Shown here piece by piece: positions 62,627 through 64,000 of a DNA stretch of 64,000 nt. The DNA is from Deinococcales bacterium. Lineage in GTDB: Bacteria; Deinococcota; Deinococci; Deinococcales; JAAFIG01. The stretch is taken from the NCBI GenBank assembly GCA_043778225.1, contig JAYWGM010000061.1, forward strand, positions 2,010 through 66,009. The letters run 5' to 3'. The notes under the pieces were generated by a model. It was not told the origin of the DNA, did not search any database, and saw nothing but the letters and a program-made list of their open reading frames with translations. Each line of letters opens with the position of its first letter. The stretch's first letter is position 1. The translations under genes and the position numbers were made by a program.

Positions 62627-64000
62627 GTGAATGTGGTTCTGGTTGGTTTGCTCTGGTTTGCCATGATGCTTGGCTATCTGCTGGATTCATTTACAACTCG
62701 AAGTTTGGTGCTGGGCGTGGCGAATCTATGTGGTGTCTTATTTTTTTGGCAATTGCAGGCTTATGTGCCAAAAAATTGGCGACTGCTGCTGATCGGTCTT
62801 GCCATTGGCGTGGTTTTTGTTGGAATGGGACAAGTTGCCTTATCGTTTGCTTTGCCAGCCTTTGAAGAACCTTTAACCATTATTGGATTGATTTTTTTGT
62901 TGTTAGCCACGATTACACTGCCGTATTTTCTCGAGCGCAACGCTGTTTTTAAGCGCGGTTTGGCAAACCGTTTTGTGGTCTGGAGTCTGTTGTTTAGTTT
63001 TCTAATCAGTCTTGTGACCCAAATTTTTATCCGTCCAGTTTTGATTGAACTGTTGTACCAAACAATCACGGTTTTTATGGCGAGTCTGTTTTTTTTGCAA
63101 GGCTTGTCTGCTCCCGATACGGCTGCTGGGCGGGTTGTCCAAACGATTGCTCGAGCCTTTACAGTGGTCAGCCTTGCACAATTGTTGTTTAACTGGCTTG
63201 TACCACTGATGGGCTGGGAAGCCGCCCAAAATGTCCAGCGTTCTTTTTGGATACTTGGTGTTTCGTTGTTGGCATTTTATCCACGCCAAGAAAGCCAGTC
63301 AAACGCCTTGCCGTGGTTACGTTGGTTTGATAACGCTGGTGTCTTTAGTAAAATCATGACCTTAATTGTGGCGATTCTTGTGCCGTACACCATCAGTATG
63401 CTGATTTATCTGGCGCAGATTGTTGAGGCAGCAATCCTCAGCACCCGAGGCTTGGTGGCAGAAAATGTCTACCTCGAGGCAAAAGCCAATATCTTAAATG
63501 GGATTTACACGGCTGTTTCACTGCTTATTCCATTGATTATTTTAACCGTTTTTATTGTTTCCAATAGCCTGAGCGCCCGCAGCAAGCGCTTGGCACGGAT
63601 TGCCGAAGAACTGGCAAAAGGCGAATTGACCGCCCAATTACAACATGAAGCTCGAGATGAAATCGGTCAGGTGGCAACTGCTTTTGCCGCAATGATGACC
63701 TACCAACGAGCCATGGCAGCCACGGCAACCCAAATTTCAAACGGTGATTTGCGCCAAAATACAGCCGCCCTATCAGATAAAGATACCCTCGGCACAGCTT
63801 TTTCTGGGATGGCACAGAATTTACAAAAACTGCTCGAGTCCTTACAATATAATGCCCAAGAAGTGAGTCGTGCTTCGAGTCAAATCCAAAATAGTGCGCT
63901 TGAACTGAGCCGTTCTGCCAGTAGCCAAAGTGCCAGTGTCCACCAGACCACCAGCACCGTGCAACAAGTTCACAGCAGTGCCGAGCAGATTGCCGAACAC
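62627..64000 (+). CDS. Membrane sensor with HAMP domain and start of an MCP signalling domain, partial (runs off window end)
   Basis: Absent from ORF track. Open frame from GTG 62627 (stop TAG at 62621-62623) to 64000, 458 codons. Multi-TM N-terminus, then HAMP-like RLARIAEELAKGELTAQLQHEARDEIGQVATAFAAMM, then Ser/Gln/Ala-rich coiled coil typical of methyl-accepting proteins. Confidence 0.7.
   Translation, partial: MNVVLVGLLWFAMMLGYLLDSFTTRSLVLGVANLCGVLFFWQLQAYVPKNWRLLLIGLAIGVVFVGMGQVALSFALPAFEEPLTIIGLIFLLLATITLPYFLERNAVFKRGLANRFVVWSLLFSFLISLVTQIFIRPVLIELLYQTITVFMASLFFLQGLSAPDTAAGRVVQTIARAFTVVSLAQLLFNWLVPLMGWEAAQNVQRSFWILGVSLLAFYPRQESQSNALPWLRWFDNAGVFSKIMTLIVAILVPYTISMLIYLAQIVEAAILSTRGLVAENVYLEAKANILNGIYTAVSLLIPLIILTVFIVSNSLSARSKRLARIAEELAKGELTAQLQHEARDEIGQVATAFAAMMTYQRAMAATATQISNGDLRQNTAALSDKDTLGTAFSGMAQNLQKLLESLQYNAQEVSRASSQIQNSALELSRSASSQSASVHQTTSTVQQVHSSAEQIAEH

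Noticed and set aside
1-64000. CTCGAG excess as a cloning-linker, adapter or assembly artefact
   Set aside because: Sites sit in frame inside conserved protein motifs (e.g. UvrA, GDH, Tkt, MutL) without disrupting them. They occur in all phases and on both strands, so they are part of the native sequence.

Overview
Bacterial chromosomal segment, about 50% GC by eye, densely coding (about 70 genes). All calls come from reading the sequence and the ORF track by eye, with no database searches. I saw no rRNA, tRNA, transposase, integrase or cas genes.

Gene content:
- Housekeeping genes: rpmH-rnpA-yidD-yidC, comM, livFGMH, mutL, tkt, rsmE, rsfS, scpB, glgP and two tandem glutamate dehydrogenases.
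- A regulator-rich detoxification stretch at 1-8.3 kb: WYL, TetR, XRE, ArsR and MarR regulators with an MFS pump, VOC, SRPBCC and hydrolase genes.
- A short-form UvrA paralog with an unexplained N-terminal domain.
- A BCS1-like AAA+ ATPase.
- A three-gene secreted operon.
- A vWA / LRR / transglutaminase / Ser-Thr kinase stretch.
- A GGDEF-EAL signalling protein and a large SARP-type regulator.
- Two genes run off the window and are missing from the ORF track: a WYL regulator at the left edge and an MCP-like protein at the right edge. rpmH (50 aa) is also absent from the track.

Main finding: the palindromic hexamer CTCGAG is extremely over-represented. My hand count is about 405 copies in 64 kb, roughly 6 per kb, against about 16 expected for equal base frequencies. 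It occurs in all three codon phases and in intergenic DNA. This looks like the cyanobacterial HIP1 phenomenon but with a different, shorter word.

Other findings:
- A relatively AT-rich, CTCGAG-poor two-gene cassette (ABC/OLD-type ATPase plus a DUF4276 Toprim-like protein). It is a candidate PARIS/Septu-like defence module and overlaps the 3' end of rsmE.
- A dispersed family of degenerate 8-nt GGTRAAAA / TTTTYACC arrays at gene 5' ends.
- A perfect 36-bp direct repeat with CRISPR-like spacing.
- A 106-bp inverted-repeat element.
- A roughly 35-nt block shared by two intergenic regions.

Taxonomy is not determinable here. Tandem gdh genes, Uma2 and LCP are compatible with Deinococcota or Chloroflexota-like lineages, but that is a guess.
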